A stretch of DNA of 56,961 nt, the filler included, from Sphacelaria rigidula (Eukaryota): assembly GCA_964200075.2 (NCBI GenBank). It is 4 parts of 4 records of this genome, joined end to end, with 100 filler letters (N's around TTAATTAATTAA, not from the genome) between each part and the next. Parts side by side here need not be neighbours in the genome. Positions count along the whole stretch, not along the records: positions 1 to 14,168 come from CAXNAA020002416.1; 3 more parts are not named here. One strand, given 5' to 3'. Below are positions 1 to 12,322 of the stretch, one piece after another (the stretch's first letter is position 1; each line of letters opens with the position of its first letter). A program made the position numbers and the translations under genes. Below the pieces are notes generated by a model that was not told the origin of the DNA, did no database searches, and saw only the letters and a program-made list of their open reading frames with translations.

Positions 1-19
1 GAACGGTTTTTAATGTGAA

Positions 20-61
20 GACAACGACAACAACAACGACAACAACAACAACAACAACAAC
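20..61. repeat. (ACA/ACG)n trinucleotide microsatellite
   Basis: Directly visible: gacaacgacaacaacaacgacaacaacaacaacaacaacaac. Confidence 0.9.
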
Positions 62-1287
62 GTGGCTGGCAGGAGGGTACTGCCAGTTGGTGTTGCCAGG
101 TTTTGTGAGCACTTACATTAGGGGGATATTGATATTTCCGAAAAATGCTCCCCTCCCCCACATCTGGCCAATTCGCGGCAGAGTTTTATTAACGTAAAGA
201 TTCGAAAGTTGGGTACATATATGACACGTTTTTCCTTTCGCCTCCTTTACGCGGGTTGTATGTTCCAGAAGAGGGCAGTAACTTCGCTGTTGCGAAGCTT
301 CTCATGAAGGGAAGCAGCGGCACTAATTTTTCATTTTCTGGGCGAAAATTTTCACGGAGAAAATGGCGAACCTGATTTTGTCACATACATATGACAAAAT
401 ACTATATTGTCGTACAGAGTAAAGGTCTAGAGGTGTTGCACAGAGAAGGCGCGGCATTGTCTACTGGTCACTGCTCTAGATCGGCTTGACTGCGAGTGAA
501 AAGCGCCCCACCTGACGCACCACACATAGCTGACACACACGTAGGAATAATGTGGGCGTGAGCAGGAATTAAAACGAAAGTAAAAACCTCAGCGGAGGGG
601 GTGGCAGAGCCTATGTCATCATCCATCGATCACGAGGTAGAGTCGACCAGACCCTCAATCACCGGCCAAAAGTAAAACCGGACGCACGAAAAATCGTAAA
701 GTACGCTAGAATTCTCTTGGAAAGCATTGCAAATCTTTTCGAGGAGGCCCAATCCGCCCAGGCCCGTATTCGGTCAAAACTCCGCGATGAAAGGCTCAAA
801 AAGGGCAGTTGTCAGAGAGTCCGTTTTCAGACTATAAGAAGCAGCCTCAGCACCCGTCCAAAATTGACGACCTGTTCAAAATCAGCCGAAGGAATAAAAT
901 ATGGGACTTGTCCTGTTTCACTGTACCGCAGATTAAACACACTCACGCCCTCTCTCATTTGTTGGAGCTATCACTGTCCTGTGGTGTGTTTACGTATCGC
1001 GAAGGCTTTGGATTGTCTGAGCTGCGGTATTGTCGATGTGTTCGTCTCTGTAGAAAATAGTGTTAGTCGGCACGCAGTGCAGTCTGCACGCTGTTGAAAA
1101 ATTCATGGCGTGCTGGCTGTTTCGTCTTCCGCAAAACGAGCGAGGCGATGGACCACTGCTGTGGCACTCTGTTTGGCTTGTGCTGTGCTTTGGGGCACTG
1201 TACTCGTACTACTGTCTGTATCGTCTTGGAATATGTGGTGTGGGCATGATCGGCCGTGACATTAGACCGCAACATTACCAGGTTTAA

Positions 1288-1385
1288 CCCTTAGACCGCG
1301 AGATTAGTCTTTCTGGATCATGCATACTTTTTTTCACTTGAAATTGATGCCGATTCAACAGAAGACTAACCTCGCGGTCTAAGGG
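1288..1385. mobile_element. Short piggyBac-like MITE (about 98 bp)
   Basis: Terminal inverted repeats CCCTTAGACCGCGAGATTAGTCT... and ...AGACTAACCTCGCGGTCTAAGGG. Flanked by TTAA (1284-1287) and TTCA (1386-1389). CCC/GGG termini with a TTAA target are piggyBac hallmarks. The internal sequence recurs at about 55449-55523. Confidence 0.7.
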
Positions 1386-1611
1386 TTCAGACTACTCCCC
1401 AAGTAGGTTCCAAGTAGAATGGAGCGATCTGATCGGTAGTTCCCAAGTAAATCTGTCGACGGGAAAGGATACCGGTGCACAGGTGCTCGTACGCCTACCA
1501 CCCACTAAAAACTTCTCGGGCTTTTCGGGACCTGCCGTGTGTTCCGTGGAAAAGTTGAGGGGACCTAAAGAAACGTCTGTAAACAATGGTTGGTACTACG
1601 GAGATGCCGCC

Positions 1612-1643
1612 AACCCTAATGCTACTAACCCTAACCCTAACCC
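1612..1643 (+). repeat. Short interstitial telomere-like (CCCTAA)n tract
   Basis: aaccctaatgctactaaccctaaccctaacccc. Confidence 0.6.
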
Positions 1644-1956
1644 CGACCAAGGCATACCGAGAACCCTCCGGCAAGAGGGGTGTAACTTGTTCCTTGAGCG
1701 AAGTTTGCATTGCGAGAGCTCCAATCGACGCCTTTGAGCCGATATGGACCAAAACACGTTTTGGACGAGCTGGATCTACTGCTCACCGATGCTCACCTGC
1801 CTAATGTCATGAATTTTCTCAGAACTTTCTTTAGTCTGAAATAAAGGAAAATCGAGTACCAACGATTGTTTACGTACATTTCCTCAATTCTGTTGGTAAT
1901 ATCACACCTGTCATCTCGATTAGGCCGTGTCTTGTTTATCTAGACCAAAAAAAGAA

Positions 1957-2073
1957 GCGGGGGAAGGAACAAGCGTCCAAAAGCAGCATGTTGACTATTA
2001 CAGTCGCCGCAACAATAGACTCGTCTGGGGCTCAATCAACATGCTGCTTTTGAACGCTTGTTCCTTTTCCCGC
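1957..2073. other. 38-bp near-perfect inverted repeat (hairpin; pre-miRNA or MITE candidate)
   Basis: Arms 1957-1994 (gcgggggaaggaacaagcgtccaaaagcagcatgttga) and 2036-2073 (tcaacatgctgcttttgaacgcttgttccttttcccgc), 3 mismatches, 41-nt loop. Confidence 0.8.
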
Positions 2074-2992
2074 ATATTTTTCTACTCTCGAAAAGACACG
2101 GCCTCTTACCGCGTTTTTTTCATTGTTATTCGGGGGTCCGCCCAAGATGCAAGATGGAGTGAGGATGAGCGCAGTTAGTAGTCGTGATGGTCTGTGGGGG
2201 AATCACGGGTTGATTCCAGCATGTAACTTGCACCATCAAATGCAACTGTAAAATCAACTCACACGGTTTCGTAAGAAACAGCCCGATTGTGGGGAAATGG
2301 CACAATGGAAGTTGGTAAGTACGCGAAAGTAATGAAATTGCCTAGTGGTGACGTGTATGTACATGCGATTTTTTTCGCTGTGTGTAGTGGACTGTTGTAC
2401 TGCCATCTAAAAAACTTGACGGCGAGCGGTCAAACGGACCCCACTGTCGTTTCCCGCCACCGTACTTGTACAGGCAAATAACAAAGTAATGGTGCTTGTC
2501 GCAAAAACACGCAACAGTGAGCATGATAAAAAGGTGCAACGTGTCAATAGTGCGCTGTCCTGCGACACTTCGTTGAGATGCAGTCCACAGGCCATGATTG
2601 TTCTATGGTAGACATGGACGGTTTTGTTTTCCCTTCGCATGGCGTTTTGCTCCCGTTTATTTGCTGTTCACGCGTTGTACTACTTGTACGAGTATGACAT
2701 ACACGCGTATTAATTGTTTCTCTCGTGTTCACCGGGGAATCACGAACCGCAGTACATATGGCCAAGAAGCCCACGCGCACGGCAACATTGGTGTTCTGCA
2801 GCACGCTTAAGATCTAGACATTGAAATAAAAAATCCCCTTAAACGACCCTGGGAAGTGCATCTCATTTGGCAACAACACCACCTATCCTTCATCTTCCCA
2901 GCCACCCCCCATCACCCCCACCAAGTATGTGCCTTTGAGTGAAACCTCAACTTCCATTGTTCGTGATGTGCAACCTCAACGGGGTCACTTAC

Positions 2993-3316
2993 CCAATAAG
3001 CTGCATACGCGGGCGGTTTATCCTTCAACCCAGATCCCAGCTCCTCTATAGTGCAAAACGCGGGGTACAGGCAAGCGCCGACGTTAAGGAGGAAAGCCTT
3101 GCCCCAAGGCGGCAGGTTCGATACGATGCCAAGAGCGACAAGGGCCGCGACAGTCAGGGCCAAGTAGAATAGGGTTCTAGTCTTCTTGTCCGGTGTGGAA
3201 GCGAAGTGCTTCAATTTGGAGAACACACAAGGAGTAGTATCCCGGCGCACTGCGGTGTTTGGGCCTCCGGCAGCATCGCTGTCTCTGGGAGGAGGAGGGG
3301 GGTAAAAGGAACTCAT
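2993..3316 (-). CDS. First coding exon of a TB2/DP1/HVA22 (REEP/Yop1)-family membrane protein (3'-partial)
   Basis: ATG at 3316. A hydrophobic segment is followed by FLLNVGACLYPAFCTIEELGSGLKDKPPAYAAYW, matching the family pattern G.lYPA..s..ai......d...wl.YW. A strong donor TGG|GTAAGT follows the YW. Downstream exons were not identified. Confidence 0.65.
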
Positions 3317-4612
3317 GAGCTTCCTTTTTCTGCAGCCAGTCCGTTGTCAGTGTTGCAACTCCCCAACCCACGGAGTTGTTGTACAGAGCACTGATGACAG
3401 TACAGCAAGAGTCGTCAGTATCGCTTGACTCCGCCCACCTCTGCTGTAAACTCGATTTGACAGGTAAGTTGAACAGGCACCGAACATGCCGCTTGCTTTG
3501 TAACGGTCGAAATGTCAACAGTTCGTCGACATCGCTGAATTCATAATTCATCGAAGGATGCTATCCTCTCCCTCAAGGGAACACACAGAATGTCAATTTG
3601 GAACGACTATAGGATACATGTTGCAGTCCCATAAGATGCTGATCGGTGCGGCTACGTAATCATAATGAAAAGTCCCGGACACCCTCCGCCTGATATGCAT
3701 AGTGCGAGAGGATCACCTGTAACCGGGACTATGTCGCAGACACGAACAGCTGGCAACGGCCCCACCGGTAGCAGTACGAAATGTTCCGTCGTGGTGCTGC
3801 AAGAGCTCGAAACATTGCTTGACCTCAAGCTATACCAGGAAGGTATGCGGCAACCTTCGTTCGCCAAAGTTTTGTCCTCGGCAAGAAGATCTAGGTAAGA
3901 ATCTCCCAAGCGACGAGCAGTGAGGCTCCCCAGGAGCGATACTTCGTAATTGTGGCGATCGTGATTGTGTGTGAATCGTGTTCCCTTTGTAGTACTGCAG
4001 CCAAATGATACCAAGCCGCTAGATTGTCCGGCAGAGGCTACAGTACGTGTTCCCTTTGTACGACGACGGTGGACAGGCACTATATAACGGCGACTGGGAC
4101 GGGTGCGAATATAGAGGCACTGTCATCATCGGCATCCACCCATGTCACTATGGTTGAGTGCCTTGTTCTCAGTAACGATAAATCAAAGTAGATTTGGCTC
4201 GCCGCGATGCCGGGACGTAAACACAAGCTCAGTAGGAGGCACATGATTTGAATGATCCATATGTGAAGGACTCCTCCAGCATGCAACAGGCACAGGAGAA
4301 GTAATGCAAGATCCGTTCATTTAGGCATACTTCGTACTGCACTACTGTACAAAACGTTGGCTGGCTACTCGTACCAATTGAAACTTTTCATAACTACGCA
4401 CGCTCCCCTCTCTCGTCCAGAGCACCATCGATGTGATGGTTAGAACTCCATCAACTCCAAGTTACGTGTCGATGTTAACGTCTCAGAAGAACAAGGGGAT
4501 TTAGAGACAGCGGGCAGGCCAGTCGTATCCATTGACGCGTCGCCACCTGCATTCGTGTGCATTGACTTGTTACCTCGTTACGACAAAAACCCAGTTGATC
4601 CCAACCCGGTCC

Positions 4613-7600
4613 ATGCTCCAATTCCAATTGAAACGTGACGATAGCTCTCCTGCTGCTGTTGGTGTGCGCGGGAGAGCAAGTGCAAGTGCGACAACAGCAA
4701 AGGCATCGGGAGAGAGTGGTCCTATATCTAGACGGTGCTCTTCATCGGGGCCCTACGGAACCCGAGCAAGGATTAAATCCGTAGCTGGTCAAGACGACGA
4801 CGGCGACAAAGGTGATGGTCGCAACAGCCTCGCTGCAGCTGCTGCTGCCGCTGTTTGTTGTCCTTCTGCTACATGTGCAAGTACCCAACTCAGTCTGGAA
4901 GTAGCGCCGACGTTACAGCAAGAGGACGGGGAGAGGGGCTTCGTGAGCAGCACCGACGATGTGGACGGTTGTGGAGGGCCGGTAGCGACGGGAGAAGACG
5001 ATCGAGCTACAGCAGACGGTGAAGAGTACCGTGAAGAGGACTGTGATGGTGATTCTGAAGGAGTGGATGGGGACAACGGGGTGGGAGAGAGAAAGGAAAT
5101 CGTTGTCCTGCGGGAATTACTCCGCAGCAGAGAGGAAGATCTGAAGATGGCAGCGATTATCGGGCAGAAGTTACTAGATGCGCAAGAAACACTCAACGCG
5201 GAGCTCGAGGTATACAATTTCCACTAGGGATTGAGTGTTTCTGTCCTCATATTCAACGGCAACGGTGACGGCTTCTCGGGTACAGTTAATATTATATTGC
5301 TTGCTACTCGTCACTCGGGCCCTCTTCATGATCGAATTGGCCATGCTAGTGGGTGGCCTGCCTGGAAATCATATTTTTCTGTAGTCTCAGACGGCATCTC
5401 AATTAAGTGGTTCGAACCCTTATAGCCTCCAAAATTGGCAAAAAAAGGGGGGGGGGGAGGACGCTAGGGATGTTACTGTGTCATTTTCCAGTACATCATA
5501 GAGGTACCAAGATGTTATCTAGGAGAAGACACAATGATGCTACATGACCTTAGTGGAGTCAACCGACGTCTCATCCGCCATTTTAGCGCAGGCATTGCGC
5601 CCTTATACAGTATGTGTGCGAATCAGAAACACACAGGTGCCTTCATGACTCGCCGGGTGAAGGTTCAATCAAGCGCTCGTCTCTAGAAGGCTGTGAAAAG
5701 CGCTTAGAAACAACTGCAAGAAATCCACATTTTTCGAGAAAAGCGGCGGGAGCCGGGCGGGCATCCCACTGCCATAGATAGCGCGTATTGTTCAAGAACC
5801 CGTCAATTGTAATGGTCTTAACTGCTTCAATGGCCTGTCACCAGTAATAGTATTTTCCCGGTAAAATCCATTATGTTCAGGATGCTGCCTAAACACCCAT
5901 CGGGTGCTACGTACATATTCAGGCCAATTGCATTCTTTCAATACGCCCTCCGATTCGTGATTTCTACTGGGTGTACCCCTGAAGAACATCCACACCTTCT
6001 TGGCTTTGCACCAGCACGTCGCTTACTGATGGACAGCTGGGCATCTCATCCACGCGGGAAAGCTTCCCCTACTGCATCTTTCTACACTAGTCAGCGTCAG
6101 AAGTATGCAGAATTCGTAATTTCTTAGTTTCTCAAAGATTTTCCAAATTTGCTTCGCTTGCCACCGCTCATCACAGTGACTGTTGGATGCCAAGAAATGG
6201 ACACCTGGAGTTATTTTGGTCCTCTTGACAAATATTGAAAGAAAAAATATCTGCGATCAGTATTGAGTGACTTACGGACTTGACCGATCTTCGGGGGTCC
6301 TGCGAAAGTGCAACCCCAGGTTCTAGCTTTTCGGTATTTTCGATGGACTGACTCGATCCCGATCATATAAGTCAAGACTCAAAAATGATTGTTTTTTAAA
6401 TTTCACCTATTCACTGCGCTAAAGCCGGAAAGCCATGTCTCTTGGACCATTCACGGTCAATAACACCCTCCTGATAAACGGGGTGTCTAGTCCGTATCGC
6501 CCCCACAACACAAACTTGGGCATTGTGAATTGAGCACGGTCTGCTTATTTTTCCAAGACTATCGACACTAGCACTTTCGAGTGCTCATGGAAAATGTCAT
6601 GCGAAAAAACCCCGAACAGAGGCCATCCGCAGAAAATGCTAGACTGAGGTCTGTGCAATATAGGAGGGAAACATGATTTTGATCGTTATTGTGAAGAATT
6701 TTATACGTCTTCATTCATCTGAATATTTACCGTTTCGTTGCGGAAGAGCCGGAAAACTGTTTATATTGGACCAAAAACGATCAATAACACCCTCCCGACA
6801 AACGGGGTACCTAGTCCATCCATATCGACCCAAAAACACCAACTTGAGCACTGCAGTTTGAGCGCGGCCTACGTTTTCCCCCTGAATCTACCGGCGCTAG
6901 CACTTTCAAGTAGTACTGAAGAGTAATGCTCACGAAAAATCAAAAACTACAACACTTACGATTTCTGAAAACTTCTGATGCTGACTACTATACTTTTCAA
7001 ACCCTCCCTGGCGTTACATGAATGCATGGGATGCCGATCTCCTCAGGCAGCACGAGAGGAGAAATGGGTCGCGGAATGCCAAGTAGACGCACTAAAGCGG
7101 GATCTTGAGCATGCTACTTCGCAAGTCGCCGAGCTTCAAGAAGCCGAAGACGATCGATCTCAGGCTGACATTGAGCATGAGAGGAGCACCGACGGTGAGT
7201 GGGGAATTCGCAGAGCATACGCTACGAACCTGCGGCTAGTAGCACCGGTGGATGTACGGCACGAAGAAATCTAAGTTATGGCTGTTCTGTTGACAGCACG
7301 CAGAATAAGAATTGCTAGAGACAACGAGCATTGCGCTCCGCGGAAAGCAAAGACGTTACGCGAAGACCAAAGTGAGCTGACATAAATAATGCTCCTGGAG
7401 TACAAGTACTAGCATATCCACGTCGACAATTTGTACAGGTGTTGAATGCAACGGAAAATACAAAAAGCACCCAACACCTTACCTCCCCTGACATGCCCCA
7501 ACCTGTCATGATACGAACATAGACGCCGCGGAACTTGAAAATCCATCGCTCGCATATTGGTCTCCTGGTGCGGGAGGCGTTTATGTGGGCCCCACCGACG

Positions 7601-9871
7601 ACTTGGGATGTCTGTGCGGCGCACGGCGCTCGTCCTCTATCGCGACCGCGGGGTCGAGCAATGTAGTGGCGGTGGCCGCTGCGGCTGCCGCAAGAAATGA
7701 GGTGGCCACACTGCGCCAGATAGTAAAAGCCCTCCAAACGACGAACAGCAGTCTGGAGGAGGAGCTGATGGAGGCAACGCTCGAGGCGACGGCTATGCGA
7801 CGCGCGTCTGTGGATTGGCAGAAACGAAGAGAATGTGCGAGTGAAGTAGATGGCCGGGCGCTGAAGCGCAGAAGTAGGTCAACGGGAGATGGCGACTTGG
7901 AAAATATGTGGCCCCGAGCTAGCGACAACTCGAGGACTGGCTGCGACGATACAGCTGGTGAAATGGGTAGGGCGGGTGAAACGGCACTGAGCGACGGAGA
8001 TGAGACTGTGCAGGGGGGCACGTCGGGCAGCAAATCATCTTCTCCGTGCGTGGAGAACGAAAGCATAGCTGGTGGCAAGGCGGAGGAGGTGCCGTTAGCA
8101 GTAGCGGGTGGTGAAGAGGTTGAAAGTACAGCAGAGGGGGCATCGATATTTATCACGCCGATCACGACTATAGAAGCAGCGACGTCAGAGTTGGCGGCAG
8201 CTGCCCCCGTGTCGACAGACGACACTCAGCGAGGAATACCGATGGATATGTTGGTGCCTGTGGACAGCATCGTCGTAGGACGACGAATACAGCAGCAGCA
8301 GCAGCAGCAGCAGCAAGAAGAAGAAGAAGAAGTACTACAACAACAACAACAACAACAACAATACCAAAGAGACAAGACGATCGAAACACTTCGTGCTGAA
8401 ATAACTGGTCTACGAAGGGAGCACCGAAGGGCTCGAACGGCACACCCCACAACGCTGGAGGCACTAGCGGGTGTTGGTGACAGAAAGAATCGCGGAGAAC
8501 CGCCCGCCGTTCCATTGCAGGCCCTGCGATCACCACCCGACCTCCTCGAACGGCGTGCGTCCGTACAATCTCCGTCGGAGAATGACGGTAGCCCCGACAA
8601 CAACGGTGGCAGTAGCGACGGCGACGAGCACACCGTTTCTGACAGTGGCGCCTCGTTTCGCCCCGCATTAATCGTCCAAGACGACAGAACACACCCGACC
8701 GTCGCCAGCAGCAGCGGCCGCGCCAGCCCAGGAGGAGGATCACGCAAAAGCGACACAGAGGTGATTAGCTCAACAGCGTTAGTCCTGTCTTTTTTTTCGT
8801 CACAACCGGCGCGGAACCGTGGCGTACACGGAAGGGCCAGAAGAAAACATACGTTGCGTTCACCCTTGGAAACGGGGGCAGGTTCGGAGCCACGCGCATA
8901 TTCTCGACCGCACAAACGTAGCATGGTGCTTCTTTTTAGTTCTGGTAGGTGCGGGGTCCCGTTTGACTTCTAGTATTACCCCCACTACGATGCACCATAT
9001 ACCCAATTGTTCAGTATCTCGCACCCGTCGACCCCCCCCCCACCCCGGCATGATGCATGCATGATCATGAGTACACCCCCCCCCTGGCGACATCATTAAA
9101 TGAAGCAACTCATTCCAGGCTGTCACTCAAATGCAAGATAATCAGTACGCTTCAGGCTGAACCATCTCAGCAGGATACAACCCACCCTCCGTGCGACTTG
9201 TTAAACACATCACGGCGTTTCGCGCTTGGTGGTTGATTGCGAGGCTGATCCGGCGAAAACCCGGCGTGGTCCATCCAGGCTTTGTAGAGATGCGAGGTAA
9301 ACGGCCATGTGACTACGGCATGCGAAATCATGAGTACACCCCCCACACACACAAACACACCCGCCCGCTCGTCACTCGGATGTTTGTGAAACAACAGTAT
9401 CAGGTGAAGGAGCTCTCCGCAAGCTTGTCGCGAATGGAACTGGCGTACTCGCAACTCCTCCGCTTGTATCAGGAGGAGCAAGCGGCGGGTCTCGAGCTGC
9501 AGAGGGAGGTTACATCCCTCCAAAGCTCAGCACAGCATGCCCCCGCCTACAAAAAAAATGTTGCTGTCGGTGTGGCTGTGGAAGCGGCAGCCGCAGCGGC
9601 AACCAGCCGTGCAATTGGTAGTAATGACAAGATGATGGTAGTCACGAGAGCAGGAGATGGTGGCGGTGTCGGTAGCGGTGGGGGTAGTGGTGGACGTGTC
9701 GGCGCCGAATCGACGAGAGCCAACGGAAATGAAGAAGTCCACGGGCGGGATGGATGGGGGCTTCGGTTTTGGAACGTTATGAGATTCGGGTGCGACAAGT
9801 TTGGCCGCGGGCAGACCACGTATTCGAATAGTGGCGGGAAAGCACGAGTAGACGGGTACGATAGCAGCTAG
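4613..9871 (+). CDS. 818-aa coiled-coil protein with HAP1_N/CC1-box-like motif and polyQ/polyE tract
   Basis: Exons 4613-5209, 7047-7194, 7523-8760 and 9398-9871 all have GT-AG introns with compatible phases (0,1,0) and total 2457 nt, an open frame to TAG. Contains LRSREEDLKMAAIIGQKLL and several heptad-like segments. Start codon choice and completeness are uncertain. Confidence 0.75.
6420..6935. repeat. Degenerate direct duplication (about 320-bp period) in intron 1
   Basis: agccggaaa...ttggacca...tcaataacaccctcc.ga.aaacggggt..ctagtcc...ctagcactttc occurs at about 6422-6600 and about 6746-6925. Confidence 0.65.
8290..8361 (+). repeat. Coding compound microsatellite (CAG)n(GAA)n..(CAA)n encoding polyQ-polyE-polyQ
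   Basis: QQQQQQQQQEEEEEVLQQQQQQQQ in exon 3 of the coiled-coil gene. Confidence 0.9.
9090..9344 (-). mobile_element. Dispersed repeat family A, long copy (plus a short copy at about 9055-9084)
   Basis: Reverse complement of about 16395-16655. Ends ...ATCATGAGTACAC followed by a C-run. Confidence 0.8.
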
Positions 9872-9913
9872 CCTAGGCTAGCCTGAACTCTGTGCAAATA
9901 CGCACGGTGGACA

Positions 9914-9917
9914 GTTG

Positions 9918-9951
<34 letters not shown>

Positions 9952-9974
9952 GCCGCTGCCTAGTGTGTGTGTGT

Positions 9975-10024
<50 letters not shown>

Positions 10025-10049
10025 TTGTGCGTGCGTGCGTGCGCGCGCG
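9914..10049. repeat. (GTT)n, (GT)n and (GTGC)n microsatellite cluster
   Basis: Directly visible, just 3' of the stop codon at 9871. Confidence 0.9.
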
Positions 10050-10572
10050 AGTGTACAGTAATTGTATCTCTGAAGAAATGATTTTACTGGTATGTTTGAT
10101 TGTGATCAGCTGAACGCTCGCGGTTCAAGTTCCAGCGTTTTCCCCCCGTCATACATGTGTTCACATACGTTCCCTATTCCGGTACAAATTTTGTGTCCCG
10201 TGCGATGTGTAATCTGGTAAAACTAACCATGACTGTTATTTGTCACCACGTGTTCGTCAGTGAATAGGAGGGCGGAGAGGAATAATAAAACGAAGCGGTC
10301 CGAGAAACGGGCGGTATTCACCGCTGCTGATACTAGATAGGGGTGTGTGCCCCTGTGTGCCCCTAAATGAAGAGGCGGGTGGGTGATGTCGTTGGCGTCG
10401 CAGATGATCGTGACCCAGCCAATTGCCATTTTTTTGGAGATCAGTCGTCGTGTAATCAAGAAGCAGAAATTTTACGCTGGTACGTTTCTTGCCCGCTTTC
10501 TTGATTTCCCCTTTTTCGGAAGTACGGAACGTTAAGATCAATATTTCACACAGAATTCTCCAGATTAAGGAC

Positions 10573-10937
10573 GGATTTTTTCGAGGATGAACCTTGGGAA
10601 CCTTCATAAGCATCGAAATATTTTCGAAATGAAACAGCAAATGTACTTTCCGGCCGTGATGTGTGGCCTCGCCATCCTGAAAACAAATCTTCCCTCGATT
10701 TGCAAAGCCACGCCTTCATACCGAACAATTTCGACCTACTTTCGTTCCCGTACAAAACAACTGCTCCCTTTTTATCAGAGTCCCCTTTTAACATGATATT
10801 TTACAATATGCGGGTGTTTTTCTTTTTAGGATTAACGAGGACACACATTACGGTCGGGTCGTGAATTCGCATTTTATATTCGAAAAATATTTCGATGCTT
10901 ATGCAGGTTCCGAAGGTTCATCCTCGAAACAAAACCC
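10573..10937. mobile_element. MITE-like element with about 55-bp inverted repeats
   Basis: tttcgaggatgaaccttgggaaccttcataagcatcgaaatattttcgaa (about 10578-10629) pairs with ttcgaaaaatatttcgatgcttatgcaggttccgaaggttcatcctcgaaa (about 10879-10929). Confidence 0.65.
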
Positions 10938-11099
10938 ACCCTCGACTTGCAAAATCCGTGCTATGTACCCCTCAATGTGCCCCTTCTGCCACCAACGCAT
11001 TTTTCACGTCGACATGATAATTTCCAGCAATGAGGGCACATGGTGTTCGGTGGCGTATGGTCACCGTCGGGTAGGCTCCACAATATACACGGAGTGTAC

Positions 11100-11950
11100 C
11101 TAGCAACGAAACCAAATATACCCACTAGAACGCTGCTAGGCTCACGTTGTAGGCCATGACTGTGGCTTCTTCCCCGCGGGGCACTGCCACGCCTTGAGCA
11201 GTTGAATGACCCTTGCGCTGCCGGCAAGGTCTGTTTGGTGTTGTCTGCGCAGCATGCGTCAATTGGTCGCAAACTTGAAGCACGGATGATACGTGGGGCA
11301 CCAGAATCTTAATCAGTACGCGCGTGCTGATGAGCGCCATCGCATTGAAGTAAGTTTTCCTGGATTTTGTTTTTCATTTGTCATCTACTATGGACCTCTA
11401 CGCCTTCCTTCCTCGGCATGAAAATAGTAGTCCCATGGTCTATCAACCCATATCGTCCCCGGCACTTGCCTTTTCCCCCCGTCACATGCTCAACCTCTTC
11501 CCCCTTTTTGTAGATTCATGGGGTGTTAGGTATCACAGGTGGCCACCGGACACGTTACCGGTAGGTTGTACATAAATCGAAACGTACTCGTAAAGTGCCA
11601 AGAAGTGGTCATTCCTATATCAACGACGAGCCGCACTGTGGAGCTGAATCCTCTCGTCGATGCTGGAGGCCACAGCTCCACAGTGTGGCTTGTTGATGTA
11701 CGGGTGGCCCCTGTGCACCGTACGAGCACGTCGCGAAATATGTGTACTCTACTCATGAGGTGCCCACATAGTGCCGTCTGCAGCTCGCTATCCCCCTCAA
11801 GGATGGTGTCTTTGATACGTGATTTTCCGGGAGTTCTGCACCATTTTTCGAACGCCGCTCTGAATACACGAGCCAAGTGGACGAAGGGCCAAAATGAGAG
11901 GGGGGGACGGGGGTTGTTACGCAAGGAAAGCTATTATTTCGGGTAGCGGT
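11100..11950 (-). pseudogene. Possible decayed DNA-transposon (pogo/DDE_1-like) coding remnant
   Basis: Fragmented frames. KILVPHVSSVLQVCD resembles the P..Ts.LQP.D motif around the third Asp of pogo-type transposases. Weak, a single motif only. Confidence 0.25.
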
Positions 11951-12322
11951 GTGTGATCATGAAGGGTCTCTGGCCATATACCAGGTGATGCACATAGTCA
12001 GGTACAGTACACCAATGAGGACACTGGAAGAGGAATCACCCGGAACCAGCCATGTGCGCTATCTACTGGCGCACGTACTACATACTTGACAAATTTAAAG
12101 GCACCGCAGAAGAGGAGAGGAAGAGGAAATGCCAGCAAGCAGTACGGATATCAAGTATGAATAGCAGCGTCTACGTGTGGACCCTACTGTAAGCCAGGTG
12201 ATGGCTATCATGAGGTCAGAAGGTGTTTATGGCCAAATCCGTGACAGTGAGATTGCAGGCTTATCACGCTTGATCAGATCGGGCGTGGGTTTGATAAAAG
12301 GGAATAGACAGCGATCATGTAC

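Noticed and set aside
7581-8924. Long antisense ORFs opposite exon 3 of the coiled-coil gene (also 48221-49710 and 22528-22917)
   Set aside because: These are shadow frames of GC-rich coding exons on the other strand.
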